From the sequence record PV764603.1: a stretch of DNA of 64,000 nt; one strand, given 5' to 3'. The notes below the pieces were generated by a model, which saw only the letters and a list, made by a program, of their open reading frames with translations, was not told where the DNA came from and ran no database searches. Made by a program: the position numbers and the translations under genes. Each line of letters begins with the position of its first letter. Positions within the stretch are counted from its first letter, which is position 1. Of the stretch, positions 8,613 to 16,807 are shown piece by piece.

Positions 8613-10004
8613 ATGTGGATCACCCCTCAGAATCAAACTCTTGATGACACGTTCGATCCATACTTTCCGGGTACAACTCGGTGGTATGGTTACACCGGCA
8701 TCCTCATCAACAACACGCAAGACACCTACGATCGGTACGCTCCTTTGCAGTATGGCAGGCAAGCTCCATCCACGGCGATCCTTGCGCAGAATCAGGTAGA
8801 CCTGAATCAGATTTACGCAGCCCGAGGTACAGCAGGCTACCTGCAAGGTATCTCTATCCCAAATTGCTACGTGGGCTGCTCTGGCGTTACCATCAACGAT
8901 CTTCTCGCTGCTCGATGCACCATCATCATCAAGAACGACGGTACGTGGCAGCAGTGGTTCTATTCCACCAACTACAAGACGGATAGCCCGGGTGCATATG
9001 CACCTCCTAATCGTGGCATCCCTCGAACCGAAACCAACTTCAGCAACGGACGCATGAACGCCGCCGGTAACTGGGCACAGATTCCGTTCGCTGGTGTGGG
9101 TAACAACTACGAGACTTTCTGCCACGCTCCTTGGGCCCCATACGAAAGCAAGAACCCACCTGATCTAGATTGGGGTACTGCCGATCACTATAATCGGTAT
9201 GATGCTGCACTCATCAACTATATCTGGCACAACTTTAAGGGCCAAGGACAGTTCGGTAGTGCTAGTGATCCATACGTGGTGCAGAACACTACACAGAACC
9301 CCAACGAAGACATTCCTGACGGTCGGGTATACCGCATCGACCGCGACATTCGGTTCACCCTTGGCTTGACTGCACAGGGACGCAACAACGTTCGTTGGAA
9401 CTACGACGACAACGGCGCTCTGTCATGGTACAACCGAGCCAACTTTTCGGTGTACATTCAGACACCCGGTGGTGGTCAGCGTGTAGGTGCCACGTGCTTG
9501 ATGGCCAATGAGATTCGATGGAACGCATGGAATTGGACGGGTGGTAGCGTCGGCGGCGGTGGTGGCGGTGGTGGCGGTGGTTGCGTTGCTGCTACCAGCT
9601 ATGTTGACTTCCAAAAGACCGCAGGCACTGTTGAGGCAGGCGACTACCTCATGGGTATGACGGATGATCTGCAATTTATGGAGCTACACGTCCTGAGTGT
9701 GCGTCGTCAAGTGCAACCGTGTGTCCGACTCTACTCAAAGAGTGGCGTCACCCTTGTGTGCTCAAAGTCCACGCCGCTGACCCTACAGAACGGAGATTGC
9801 GTGCTGGCAGGCGAAGCACGAGCAGGTATCAAGCTTCCGGTACGATTCTTCGCGGCTGATCCTGAGTGGGAAACCATCGTCAAGATCGAGGAGGTTGGCA
9901 ACCGGGAAGTGATGCTCATCAACTGCGGTGGACAGAGCTATGCTGCCGGTGAGTTGCCGGGCCGCTATATCTACACCCACAACAACAACCAGCAGAAGAT
10001 GTGA
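8613..10004 (+). CDS. Fibre-tip adhesin (gp38-like position) with poly-Gly linker and C-terminal Hint (intein-like) domain
   Basis: Directly follows the S74 fibre; 10 Gly then CVAATSYV (Cys324), VRLYSKSGVTLVCS, WETIVKIEEVG.REVMLINCGGQSYAAG and IYTHN. Confidence 0.75.
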   Translation: MWITPQNQTLDDTFDPYFPGTTRWYGYTGILINNTQDTYDRYAPLQYGRQAPSTAILAQNQVDLNQIYAARGTAGYLQGISIPNCYVGCSGVTINDLLAARCTIIIKNDGTWQQWFYSTNYKTDSPGAYAPPNRGIPRTETNFSNGRMNAAGNWAQIPFAGVGNNYETFCHAPWAPYESKNPPDLDWGTADHYNRYDAALINYIWHNFKGQGQFGSASDPYVVQNTTQNPNEDIPDGRVYRIDRDIRFTLGLTAQGRNNVRWNYDDNGALSWYNRANFSVYIQTPGGGQRVGATCLMANEIRWNAWNWTGGSVGGGGGGGGGGCVAATSYVDFQKTAGTVEAGDYLMGMTDDLQFMELHVLSVRRQVQPCVRLYSKSGVTLVCSKSTPLTLQNGDCVLAGEARAGIKLPVRFFAADPEWETIVKIEEVGNREVMLINCGGQSYAAGELPGRYIYTHNNNQQKM

Positions 10005-10423
10005 TGATTGGTTCTGACCAACTCTCAGAAGTAGGTGTACCTGTCGGAGAGCTCTCCATTGGGAGGACTCTCGACGTATATGCGGTGGACGATCTACACT
10101 CGGTCATCCGCCTGAAAGGAACCGTCTCAAATCGGGTCCTGCGCAGTGCAGAAGTAGTAACCATCACAACTGCCTCCGGCGCTTCCGTTGTGGTGGCTGC
10201 CCAAAGTCGCCTCCCTGTCTATAGCGGACAGACAGCGCTGGCTAAGAATGTTGGTGCCAACATGATTGCTGTGATGGCCCCTAATGGCGCTTTTCGGTGG
10301 GAGCGGGTTGCCACCATCGAGGCTGGTACTGAGGCCGTAGTGGACCTCAAGTGTGAAGGCTACATAGTAGCCGGTAACGATCCTAAAACCGGGCTAATCT
10401 TGGTGTCTGGATCGCTGCCGTGA
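10004..10423 (+). CDS. Stand-alone degenerate Hint-like protein (139 aa)
   Basis: TGATG overlap with the adhesin; VGELSIG, VVTITTASGASVVV and WERVATIEAGTEAVVDLKCEGYIVAG align by eye with the upstream Hint, but Cys1 and HN are absent. Confidence 0.55.
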   Translation: MIGSDQLSEVGVPVGELSIGRTLDVYAVDDLHSVIRLKGTVSNRVLRSAEVVTITTASGASVVVAAQSRLPVYSGQTALAKNVGANMIAVMAPNGAFRWERVATIEAGTEAVVDLKCEGYIVAGNDPKTGLILVSGSLP

Positions 10424-10428
10424 CAGTC

Positions 10429-10466
10429 AATTTTACGTAAGGACATAAGGCTACGGATAGCAGCCT
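10429..10466 (+). promoter_or_regulatory. AATTTTA motif followed by two ANGGAY sites (AAGGAC; GCT-ACGGAT-AGC hairpin)
   Basis: Seen directly in the leader of ORF 10503. Confidence 0.5.
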
Positions 10467-10502
10467 CACATAAAGACACTTCCCAACAAATAAGGAACGA
10501 TC

Positions 10503-11180
10503 ATGCAACTCCAGGTTCTTCTCTCCTCTGTCGAAGCTCTCAAGTACGTTGCCGGCCTGCGGCTGCCTGCTGTCAAGGCGTTCAAGGTCAGTTCATACCT
10601 GCAACGTGCTCAGGTCCATATTGACGCATGGCAGGCAACTGGCCGGACTCTGGCCCAGCGCCACTACGGCGAAGACCAGCAGCCGCTGTCTCCCGAAGAC
10701 GCCGTACAGTTCAAGGCAGCCACTGACGAAGTGCTTGCTTCGGACGTCGAAGTCGATACCGTCAAGCTCCTGAGCTACCCGGCAGACTTCAAGGAGGAAA
10801 GTTTCATCCCCCTGAATATGGCCATCCTGTCTGAGCACTTTGTTGACGTTACCAAGCCCGAAGCTACTGGCGTCACCAAGATTAGTCGGGGTAAGCTGAT
10901 TGGCGCTTACATGTCTCTTCAACAGTTGGGTCAGCAGGAACTGCCGAAGGCTGTTGGTGAGAATCTGCTGTTCAACCTGATGACGGTCCGAGACCTACTG
11001 AATTCGTTCTCGGAGCGCGACGTTGAACTGACTAAGCAGGGCGATGCGAAGGCTCTGGAGGAATATCGTTCCGAGGAAGTGGAGGTCAACTTCTATCCCA
11101 TCAACATCAATGCGTTTGGCGATGTTGAAGTGGCTCCGGCACTTCTCGTAGATGCCGCGTGGCTCATCACTGAGGAATGA
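10503..11180 (+). CDS. Tandem-duplicated DUF1617-like helical protein (possible fibre assembly chaperone)
   Basis: Two similar halves: L..L...LP...A..L...L...... ..L...DVEV / EEVEV...I...F.D....P..L. Confidence 0.5.
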   Translation: MQLQVLLSSVEALKYVAGLRLPAVKAFKVSSYLQRAQVHIDAWQATGRTLAQRHYGEDQQPLSPEDAVQFKAATDEVLASDVEVDTVKLLSYPADFKEESFIPLNMAILSEHFVDVTKPEATGVTKISRGKLIGAYMSLQQLGQQELPKAVGENLLFNLMTVRDLLNSFSERDVELTKQGDAKALEEYRSEEVEVNFYPININAFGDVEVAPALLVDAAWLITEE

Positions 11181-11183
11181 TTC

Positions 11184-11729
11184 ATGGCTGAGTTTGACAT
11201 TGCCTATAGGCAGCAGAACATCGAGTCGGATTTGATTGATGATCCTACTGATCCTGGGGCTGTGACAAACTATGGTTGGAACCTTGGCTCCCTCCGCTTG
11301 GTGGGAGTCGAGGCCGACTACGAATTCGTCAAGAGTATGACGGCGGCAACTGCCAAGGAATTATACCGTCAGTATTTCTGGCATCCACTTTGGACCGAAC
11401 TCAAATGTCAGCAGGCGGCAAACAAGCTGTTTACCCTCGCTGTGACAACGTGCGCACCCAACAATTTCAACTTGGCCACTCGCTGTTTGCAGAGGGCCTT
11501 GTGGGCATCGGGCGCTTACGTGCATGAGGATGGAAAGCTTACAGAGGATGTAATAAGCGCAGCTAACGCCGTTGAGTGTTCGGCCCTAAGCTCTGCCATG
11601 CGTAGTGAAATGGCTTCCTACTACAGGACGCTTAACGCGGAGTATGAACTGAGGGTCAAGTACAAGCTGCCTGTAGTGGTCCCCGTGAATCGTTACATTC
11701 GCGTGTGGCTTCACAACTCCTATCGCTGA
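11184..11729 (+). CDS. Divergent GH108 (TtsA-like) muramidase with PG_binding_3-like C-terminus
   Basis: ESDLIDDPTDPGAVTNYGW vs canonical EGGY.NDP.DPGG.TNYGI; LQRAL...EDGKL...I.AAN. Confidence 0.75.
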   Translation: MAEFDIAYRQQNIESDLIDDPTDPGAVTNYGWNLGSLRLVGVEADYEFVKSMTAATAKELYRQYFWHPLWTELKCQQAANKLFTLAVTTCAPNNFNLATRCLQRALWASGAYVHEDGKLTEDVISAANAVECSALSSAMRSEMASYYRTLNAEYELRVKYKLPVVVPVNRYIRVWLHNSYR

Positions 11730-11739
11730 AGAGGATGGC

Positions 11740-12465
11740 ATGACCATGAGCACGGAAACCGTTCTGATCGGTCTTGGCTGTCTACCTGATAACGCTCAAG
11801 CCCTTGAGGGGGCGTGCATTCGGTACGGCATCGAGACTACGTGGCACAAGTCCATTTTCATCGGACAGATCGCTGTAGAAACAGGTGGCTTCCGTGCCAC
11901 CCGCGAAAGCATGAATTACAGCGTTGAAGGTCTTATCAATGGTTTTGGCCGTCACCGTATCAGTGTGGCGGACGCTCAGAAATACGGGCGTATTGATAAG
12001 GTCGTGAACGGCAAGAAAACTGTTATCCGAGCAGCTAACCAAGTAGCCATCGCCAACATCCTGTACGGCGGTGAGTGGGGACGCAAGAATTTGGGTAATA
12101 CCGAGTTGAACGACGGATGGAATTTCAGGGGCGGCGGTGACAAGCAATTGACTGGCCGCGCTAATTGGACCAACTACAGCATGGACACCTATGGTGACTT
12201 GCGTGTGCTGGAGAATCCTACTCTGATCGAACTCTATCCCGACAAGAGCTACACTGCTGGTTGGTTCTGGCAACGCAACAAGCTGGGTGACATTGCTTCG
12301 CAATATGTGCTCCCTGATGATCCCAAATCTCCGGAGTACGATTCCATCCTGCGTTCTACTGTTACGGTAGTTACCAAGAAGGTCAACGGCGGTGACAAGG
12401 GTTTGGAGGATCGCATCATGTGGACGAAAAAGGCCCTGCAAGGCTTCAATCAACTCGTACTGTGA
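11740..12465 (+). CDS. GH19 endolysin (chitinase-like lysozyme)
   Basis: FIGQIAVETGGF....ESMNYS, NLGNTELNDGWNFRGGGDKQLTGRANW, AGWFW, VTKKVNGGDKGLEDR. Confidence 0.92.
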   Translation: MTMSTETVLIGLGCLPDNAQALEGACIRYGIETTWHKSIFIGQIAVETGGFRATRESMNYSVEGLINGFGRHRISVADAQKYGRIDKVVNGKKTVIRAANQVAIANILYGGEWGRKNLGNTELNDGWNFRGGGDKQLTGRANWTNYSMDTYGDLRVLENPTLIELYPDKSYTAGWFWQRNKLGDIASQYVLPDDPKSPEYDSILRSTVTVVTKKVNGGDKGLEDRIMWTKKALQGFNQLVL

Positions 12466-12471
12466 CTAACG

Positions 12472-12500
12472 TGCTGGGAACATTAGTTCCCAGCATTCTT
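12472..12500 (+). terminator. Probable intrinsic terminator
   Basis: TGCTGGGAA-CATTAG-TTCCCAGCA followed by TTCTT, after the endolysin. Confidence 0.6.
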
Positions 12501-12517
12501 CGTATAGGCCCCTGACT

Positions 12518-12883
12518 ATGAGAATTTTAGCCAATAGCACCAAGGTACGCGAAGGGGATTTCTCCAAGCTTCGTATCCCAAAAGCAAAGCAAGTCAAGGT
12601 GCACACGCATGACGCATGGCAGGGCCGAAAGAATCATCACCTGTCCTACGATTTTACTGCACCTAGCACTAGCATGCATCATCAAGCAGTCGGGAAGGCC
12701 ATCCATGAGCATCTTGCGTCTCATGGCCTGTCTCCACACAAACGCTCCAGTTCGGGCAACACGGTTACCATTGAGTACAGGCACCCATCGGGTCACCGCG
12801 CCGTTGTCAAGATGAAGCGTACAAAGCTCGCAGGCGATCCCAACCATCACGTGGAATTCGCCGTAGAGAAGACCGGTAACTAA
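12518..12883 (+). CDS. Basic His-rich hypothetical protein (possible internal head protein)
   Basis: 121 aa rich in H/K/R; composition resembles modules of ORF 23201. Confidence 0.6.
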   Translation: MRILANSTKVREGDFSKLRIPKAKQVKVHTHDAWQGRKNHHLSYDFTAPSTSMHHQAVGKAIHEHLASHGLSPHKRSSSGNTVTIEYRHPSGHRAVVKMKRTKLAGDPNHHVEFAVEKTGN

Positions 12884-12903
12884 CACTTCAATGAGGTAAC
12901 GTC

Positions 12904-13245
12904 ATGCCCTTGTGGTTGACTGCATGGTTTGCGAAAATGTGGGCCAAGTGCTCGCAGTATGTCATTGCCGCTGGCTCCATATTGGCGGCAATTGCTGGTA
13001 TCTTCCTGTACGGTCGCTTCAAGGGTAAGTCCGCCGCCGATGCAAAGCATGCGGAGCAGGATGCGAAACGAATTGAGGCTGAAACCAAGATCGTTGAGAA
13101 GATCGACCAAGCTCACGAATCTACCCGTGAGCAGGTCGAGGAAAAAATCGAGAAAATCCCTGCTCCAACTACGGATCCTAACGAGACAGTTAGGGTGGGG
13201 GATGCACCTAAAGATTCGGCCGCAGGCAAATTGAGGGGCTGGTAA
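12904..13245 (+). CDS. Inner-membrane spanin (Rz-like)
   Basis: N-terminal TM (YVIAAGSILAAIAGIFLYG) followed by a charged coiled coil; next to a lipoprotein. Confidence 0.8.
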   Translation: MPLWLTAWFAKMWAKCSQYVIAAGSILAAIAGIFLYGRFKGKSAADAKHAEQDAKRIEAETKIVEKIDQAHESTREQVEEKIEKIPAPTTDPNETVRVGDAPKDSAAGKLRGW

Positions 13246-13472
13246 TGAAAACTCTCCTGATTATCGCCATCGCCTTACTTGCAGGCTGCGCAACTACTCC
13301 ACAAGTGGTGGCTCAAACCGACATTTGCGCTGGCTGGAAGGCCATCAAGGTCAACGAAAACGACGAATTCACGGATGGAACTGCCAAGCAGATTCTAGCG
13401 CACAATTGTCAAGGCGCAGCCTTGAAGTGCTGGGCCTATCCGAGGAATGATCCCCAAATTTGTGAACGCTAA
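13245..13472 (+). CDS. Outer-membrane spanin lipoprotein (Rz1-like)
   Basis: MKTLLIIAIALLAGC lipobox; additional Cys residues; TAATG overlap with the i-spanin. Confidence 0.82.
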   Translation: MKTLLIIAIALLAGCATTPQVVAQTDICAGWKAIKVNENDEFTDGTAKQILAHNCQGAALKCWAYPRNDPQICER

Positions 13473-13481
13473 GAGGTAACA

Positions 13482-15866
13482 ATGCCGCTGCCCACTTCCA
13501 TCCAACCCATCATTGAGAATACTCCGGACATTCTCAAAGCATGTGTTGAAGTCTATCAGTCCATGTCTCTGCTACAGGACCGGGGCTTCATGTTCTTGAA
13601 CGAGCAGATTGAATTGCTCACGTCTACGGGTCAGGTGGCACACGTCACCACTGCGTATGGTACTCAGGTTGAGTTGCCCACGTATCATACTCTGGCAGCC
13701 ACCTCGAACGCCTCTACGGAATTGGTGCAGCAGTTTCAGCGCCAAATCTACGACGTGTTCACTAGCAACAACCCGACGGTAATCATTAGTGACGGTCTTG
13801 GTAACGACACTCAGGTGATCGGCTATCAGACCATGAACGACAAGGTTAACGCTACGTCGGACGTGGCTTCTATCGCCAACACCAACGCGCTCAACGCGCT
13901 GGGTAAGGCCACCGAAGCGCTGAACCGTGTTACCAACTCCGAGCTCAACGCCAACGTGGCTTTGGCGAACGGCACACCACCCACCTATCAGACGCGTTCG
14001 GTTCTCGATACTGTTACGACGATGCAACGCAATAGTATCGCCTACGTGATCGCTGATCCGGTTCCCACCAACAACACCATCTACCAGTACAACGGTACTG
14101 CATGGACTCCTCAGTATGATCGGCTGCTGACCGCCCTAGGTAGTCCGCGTGGCTATCTGGCCCCACTCACGGGCGCTATCTACCGTACCTATCAGAGCAA
14201 GCTAGAATCACTGGTTACTCCTGAAGACGTGGGGGCCAAGGGTGACGGCACTACTGATGACGGTCCCGCCTTCATCGCCGTCGCTGCGAACGGGCGCCTG
14301 ATTGTGCTGTCCCCCAACAAGACCTACCGTATCACCTCCAACGCCACTGTAGGCAGCATCATGCCTAATGGCTCCAAGATTTCCATCGGTCCGGGCGCTA
14401 CCCTGACTTTTGATGGCCTGATCGTGGACGATGCTACGGTTGTGTTTACGGGTGAGGGCAACGCCGTCAGCAGCACTAGCGTCTACAGCGTTGGCTGGTT
14501 CGCAGGTGATAGCTTTAACGCCAAGTGGCTCGCCATGAAGCGTGGTTTCACCCAGCAGGTAGTCAAGTACGTCACGCTGCCGATGCCGCACCGCACCGAT
14601 CCTGCGGCAACTACCGCAGCTTCGGACGGTCAGGCACGTTGGAAGCTTACGGACTCTGTGGTCTTCAACAATACGGAATCTAACCTGATCGTCAATGCGC
14701 TGGGCGAATTCCTTGTGGACCAGTCCGCCTCGCTGTCGGCAGGTGCTTTCATCCTTGGCGAGCTGACTGCCCCCTCCAGCATCAACTTCCCGAACGGCTT
14801 GCGCGTCCTGTGTAACGGTAGTGCAACTTACGGTCTGCGTGTTCGCGGCGGTAGCAGCATCAGTTTTGAGGAACTACTGGTTCTGGATAGTGCCACCAAC
14901 TCCGGTATCCTGTGGGACAACTACAACGGCCCGAGTCACCGAATCAGCTTCGACCGCGTGCGTATCGACGGCTTTGGTGTGGCAGGCGTAACCATCCAAC
15001 CGCAAGGTGGCCCGAGCTACCCGAACCAGTCGCCTCCGATCACTTCGTGTTCGATCAATTCGCTGCAAACGCGAGGCGGTCGTAGCGGCTGCACGAACTT
15101 CGTCAAGATCGCGGGTAACGTGGATGGCCTGACCATCACCAACGTCCTTGAAGATCGTCCGTCGGGTAGCCTGCTGTTCGACTGGAGCGATTCCATGTTC
15201 TCGCTGACTAACACTCAGTACGGCACGATTGGTCGCTCCGGTTTGGAGATTGGTCACATTCAGGCGACCAGCACCCAGCTGCCCATCATCCGTGCGTTCG
15301 ACAGCACTTCCGCTGCTGACCCTGCGAATGGCAAGATCACGTTCTCGGTAGAGCACATCTATCAGGCGTATCAGCAGAACATCGTTCCGGTCATCATGGA
15401 ATACTCGAAGAACTGCACCATCGGACGTATCAACGCAGGACGCCCCACCTCTAGTCAGGAAGTGCTTGTCCGTATCTTCCGCGACTGCGAGGGTATTTCT
15501 CTGACCGGTACACACTACACCGCTGTTCGTAGTCAGGCCCTGCGTACTCAGTTTGACGGACGCTTCGGCATGGTGGACGTGGTGCAGCAGAACTCTGCGA
15601 TCTTCACGGATCTAAACACTGCGGCACTGACGTTCAAGTTTGACCTAATCTGCCTCACCTCCGCGTCTACTTACGCTTCGGGTTGGGCAGGCGCCAACGC
15701 TCTCGATATTCCCACGTCGCTGACCAAGAATATCAACGTTGCCCAGGGTCCGCTGGAAGGAACGACCGGCCCTGAAAGCACCATCAGCATCAGTGCTGCG
15801 GAAAACAAGTTCTTTGTGGAAAACCGAACCGGACAGAATCAGCTCGTTGCGGTTCTCATGTCCTAA
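13482..15866 (+). CDS. Tailspike/depolymerase with pectate-lyase-3-like beta-helix
   Basis: VTPEDVGAKGDGTTDDGPAF...IVLSPNKTYRIT motif followed by beta-helix-like repeats. Confidence 0.82.
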   Translation: MPLPTSIQPIIENTPDILKACVEVYQSMSLLQDRGFMFLNEQIELLTSTGQVAHVTTAYGTQVELPTYHTLAATSNASTELVQQFQRQIYDVFTSNNPTVIISDGLGNDTQVIGYQTMNDKVNATSDVASIANTNALNALGKATEALNRVTNSELNANVALANGTPPTYQTRSVLDTVTTMQRNSIAYVIADPVPTNNTIYQYNGTAWTPQYDRLLTALGSPRGYLAPLTGAIYRTYQSKLESLVTPEDVGAKGDGTTDDGPAFIAVAANGRLIVLSPNKTYRITSNATVGSIMPNGSKISIGPGATLTFDGLIVDDATVVFTGEGNAVSSTSVYSVGWFAGDSFNAKWLAMKRGFTQQVVKYVTLPMPHRTDPAATTAASDGQARWKLTDSVVFNNTESNLIVNALGEFLVDQSASLSAGAFILGELTAPSSINFPNGLRVLCNGSATYGLRVRGGSSISFEELLVLDSATNSGILWDNYNGPSHRISFDRVRIDGFGVAGVTIQPQGGPSYPNQSPPITSCSINSLQTRGGRSGCTNFVKIAGNVDGLTITNVLEDRPSGSLLFDWSDSMFSLTNTQYGTIGRSGLEIGHIQATSTQLPIIRAFDSTSAADPANGKITFSVEHIYQAYQQNIVPVIMEYSKNCTIGRINAGRPTSSQEVLVRIFRDCEGISLTGTHYTAVRSQALRTQFDGRFGMVDVVQQNSAIFTDLNTAALTFKFDLICLTSASTYASGWAGANALDIPTSLTKNINVAQGPLEGTTGPESTISISAAENKFFVENRTGQNQLVAVLMS

Positions 15867-15872
15867 CGTGGT

Positions 15873-15890
15873 GGTCACATGGACGTGACC
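15873..15890 (+). promoter_or_regulatory. GGTCAC-ATGGAC-GTGACC hairpin (CsrA/RsmA-type site)
   Basis: Perfect 6-bp stem; ACATGGACGT matches (A/U)CANGGANG(U/A). Confidence 0.62.
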
Positions 15891-15907
15891 CTTTCTTGAG
15901 GTGCACA

Positions 15908-16051
15908 ATGAAGCTATTGGTATTGATCGGAGTGCTAGCTCTGGCAGGCTGCAACTCGATGCCTACGCCGTCCAAGCCGCTGAACACTGGGGACGAAACG
16001 CAACCTCCTCCGGGTTGTGTGGAACTACGTAAGCAAGGAGGCAAGTGCTAA
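15908..16051 (+). CDS. 47-aa lipoprotein (not in the supplied ORF track)
   Basis: GAGG RBS; MKLLVLIGVLALAGCNSMPTPSKPLNTGDETQPPPGCVELRKQGGKC; lipobox LAGC; stop overlaps the next ATG (TAATG). Confidence 0.75.
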   Translation: MKLLVLIGVLALAGCNSMPTPSKPLNTGDETQPPPGCVELRKQGGKC

Positions 16052-16473
16052 TGGCCCTGTCGGTACAAGATTACACGGCACTGCGACGCATCCACTCCAA
16101 GGCAATGTCTGCCTTCAAGTATGTGTCGGACAAAACCAAATGGGGACTGGTAGAGTATTGGGAACCCGAGGACGTACTGTTCCCCGTAGGTGCTAGGTTT
16201 ACGGGAGATTGCGAAGAATTCGCTAGAGTGTGCATGCAGGAAAGCATCAAGGCCGGTTACAAAGCACGGCTCGTTGCATGCCTTACTGAAGGTGGCGAAG
16301 GCCACTGCATCTGTGAGGTGGCGGATGAGGAAGAAACGGGATCGTTCTTCTTAGACAACCGCAAGACCAACATCGTTACCAAACTGGGATTGACTGGCTA
16401 CAAGTTCTACAGCGTGTCGCCTTGGAATCCCCAATTTAGCGAGACTCGGCCGTGGAGGCTGGTCAAGGAGTAA
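16051..16473 (+). CDS. Transglutaminase-like cysteine protease (BTLCP/peptidase C93, LapG-like)
   Basis: KYVSD..KWG..EYW, GDCEEFA (Cys), EGHCICEV (His), FLDN (Asp) match the BTLCP Cys-His-Asp triad motifs. Confidence 0.85.
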   Translation: MALSVQDYTALRRIHSKAMSAFKYVSDKTKWGLVEYWEPEDVLFPVGARFTGDCEEFARVCMQESIKAGYKARLVACLTEGGEGHCICEVADEEETGSFFLDNRKTNIVTKLGLTGYKFYSVSPWNPQFSETRPWRLVKE

Positions 16474-16476
16474 GGT

Positions 16477-16695
16477 ATGTCGCTGGTTCCAACCAACACA
16501 CCACGGCAAAAGATCGCTGCCAAATACAATCCTAGAATCACTAGGATTCGGAAGCAGAAAGCGCAACTGCGCAAGTCCTTGAAGAACGCCAATACGGCAC
16601 AGCGCAAGGTCATCGGTAACAAGATTCTGGCCATGAGTAATCAGATCGCTTTGCTTACGGTACAGCGCAACCGCGAGTTGCAGCGCCTCCGATAA
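16477..16695 (+). CDS. Small highly basic helical protein (72 aa)
   Basis: K/R-rich, almost no acidic residues; follows TAAGGT. Confidence 0.6.
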   Translation: MSLVPTNTPRQKIAAKYNPRITRIRKQKAQLRKSLKNANTAQRKVIGNKILAMSNQIALLTVQRNRELQRLR

Positions 16696-16705
16696 GCCAA
16701 AAGAA

Positions 16706-16733
16706 AAGGGCCACCCCTTTCGGAGCGGCCCTT
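16706..16733. terminator. Hairpin, candidate minus-strand or bidirectional terminator
   Basis: AAGGGCC...GGCCCTT stem preceded by an A-tract (a U-tract on the minus strand); between convergent genes. Confidence 0.55.
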
Positions 16734-16776
16734 ATGTTGTTGGGTTGGACTGCAAGGATGCTAGTGTCCAGGAGTT

Positions 16777-16806
16777 AAGGGGAGCACGATGCTCCCCTTC
16801 TTTTTT
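16777..16806 (+). terminator. Intrinsic terminator
   Basis: AAGGGGAGC-ACGAT-GCTCCCCTT followed by CTTTTTT. Confidence 0.8.
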
Positions 16807-16807
16807 A

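Noticed and set aside
9552-9581. GGC/GGT repeat as a hypervariable VNTR or phase-variation tract
   Set aside because: Mixed codons encode a plain Gly10 linker; no perfect long unit and no evidence of variation from one sequence.
9582-9983. Hint domain as a mobile splicing intein with a homing endonuclease
   Set aside because: Only about 134 aa, no LAGLIDADG/HNH insert, the +1 residue is Asn and the C-extein is 6 aa; cleavage rather than splicing is the most that can be supported.
16040-16053. Programmed -1 frameshift joining the lipoprotein and the protease
   Set aside because: No X XXY YYZ slippery heptamer is present, and TAATG coupling is common in this genome; kept only as one hypothesis.
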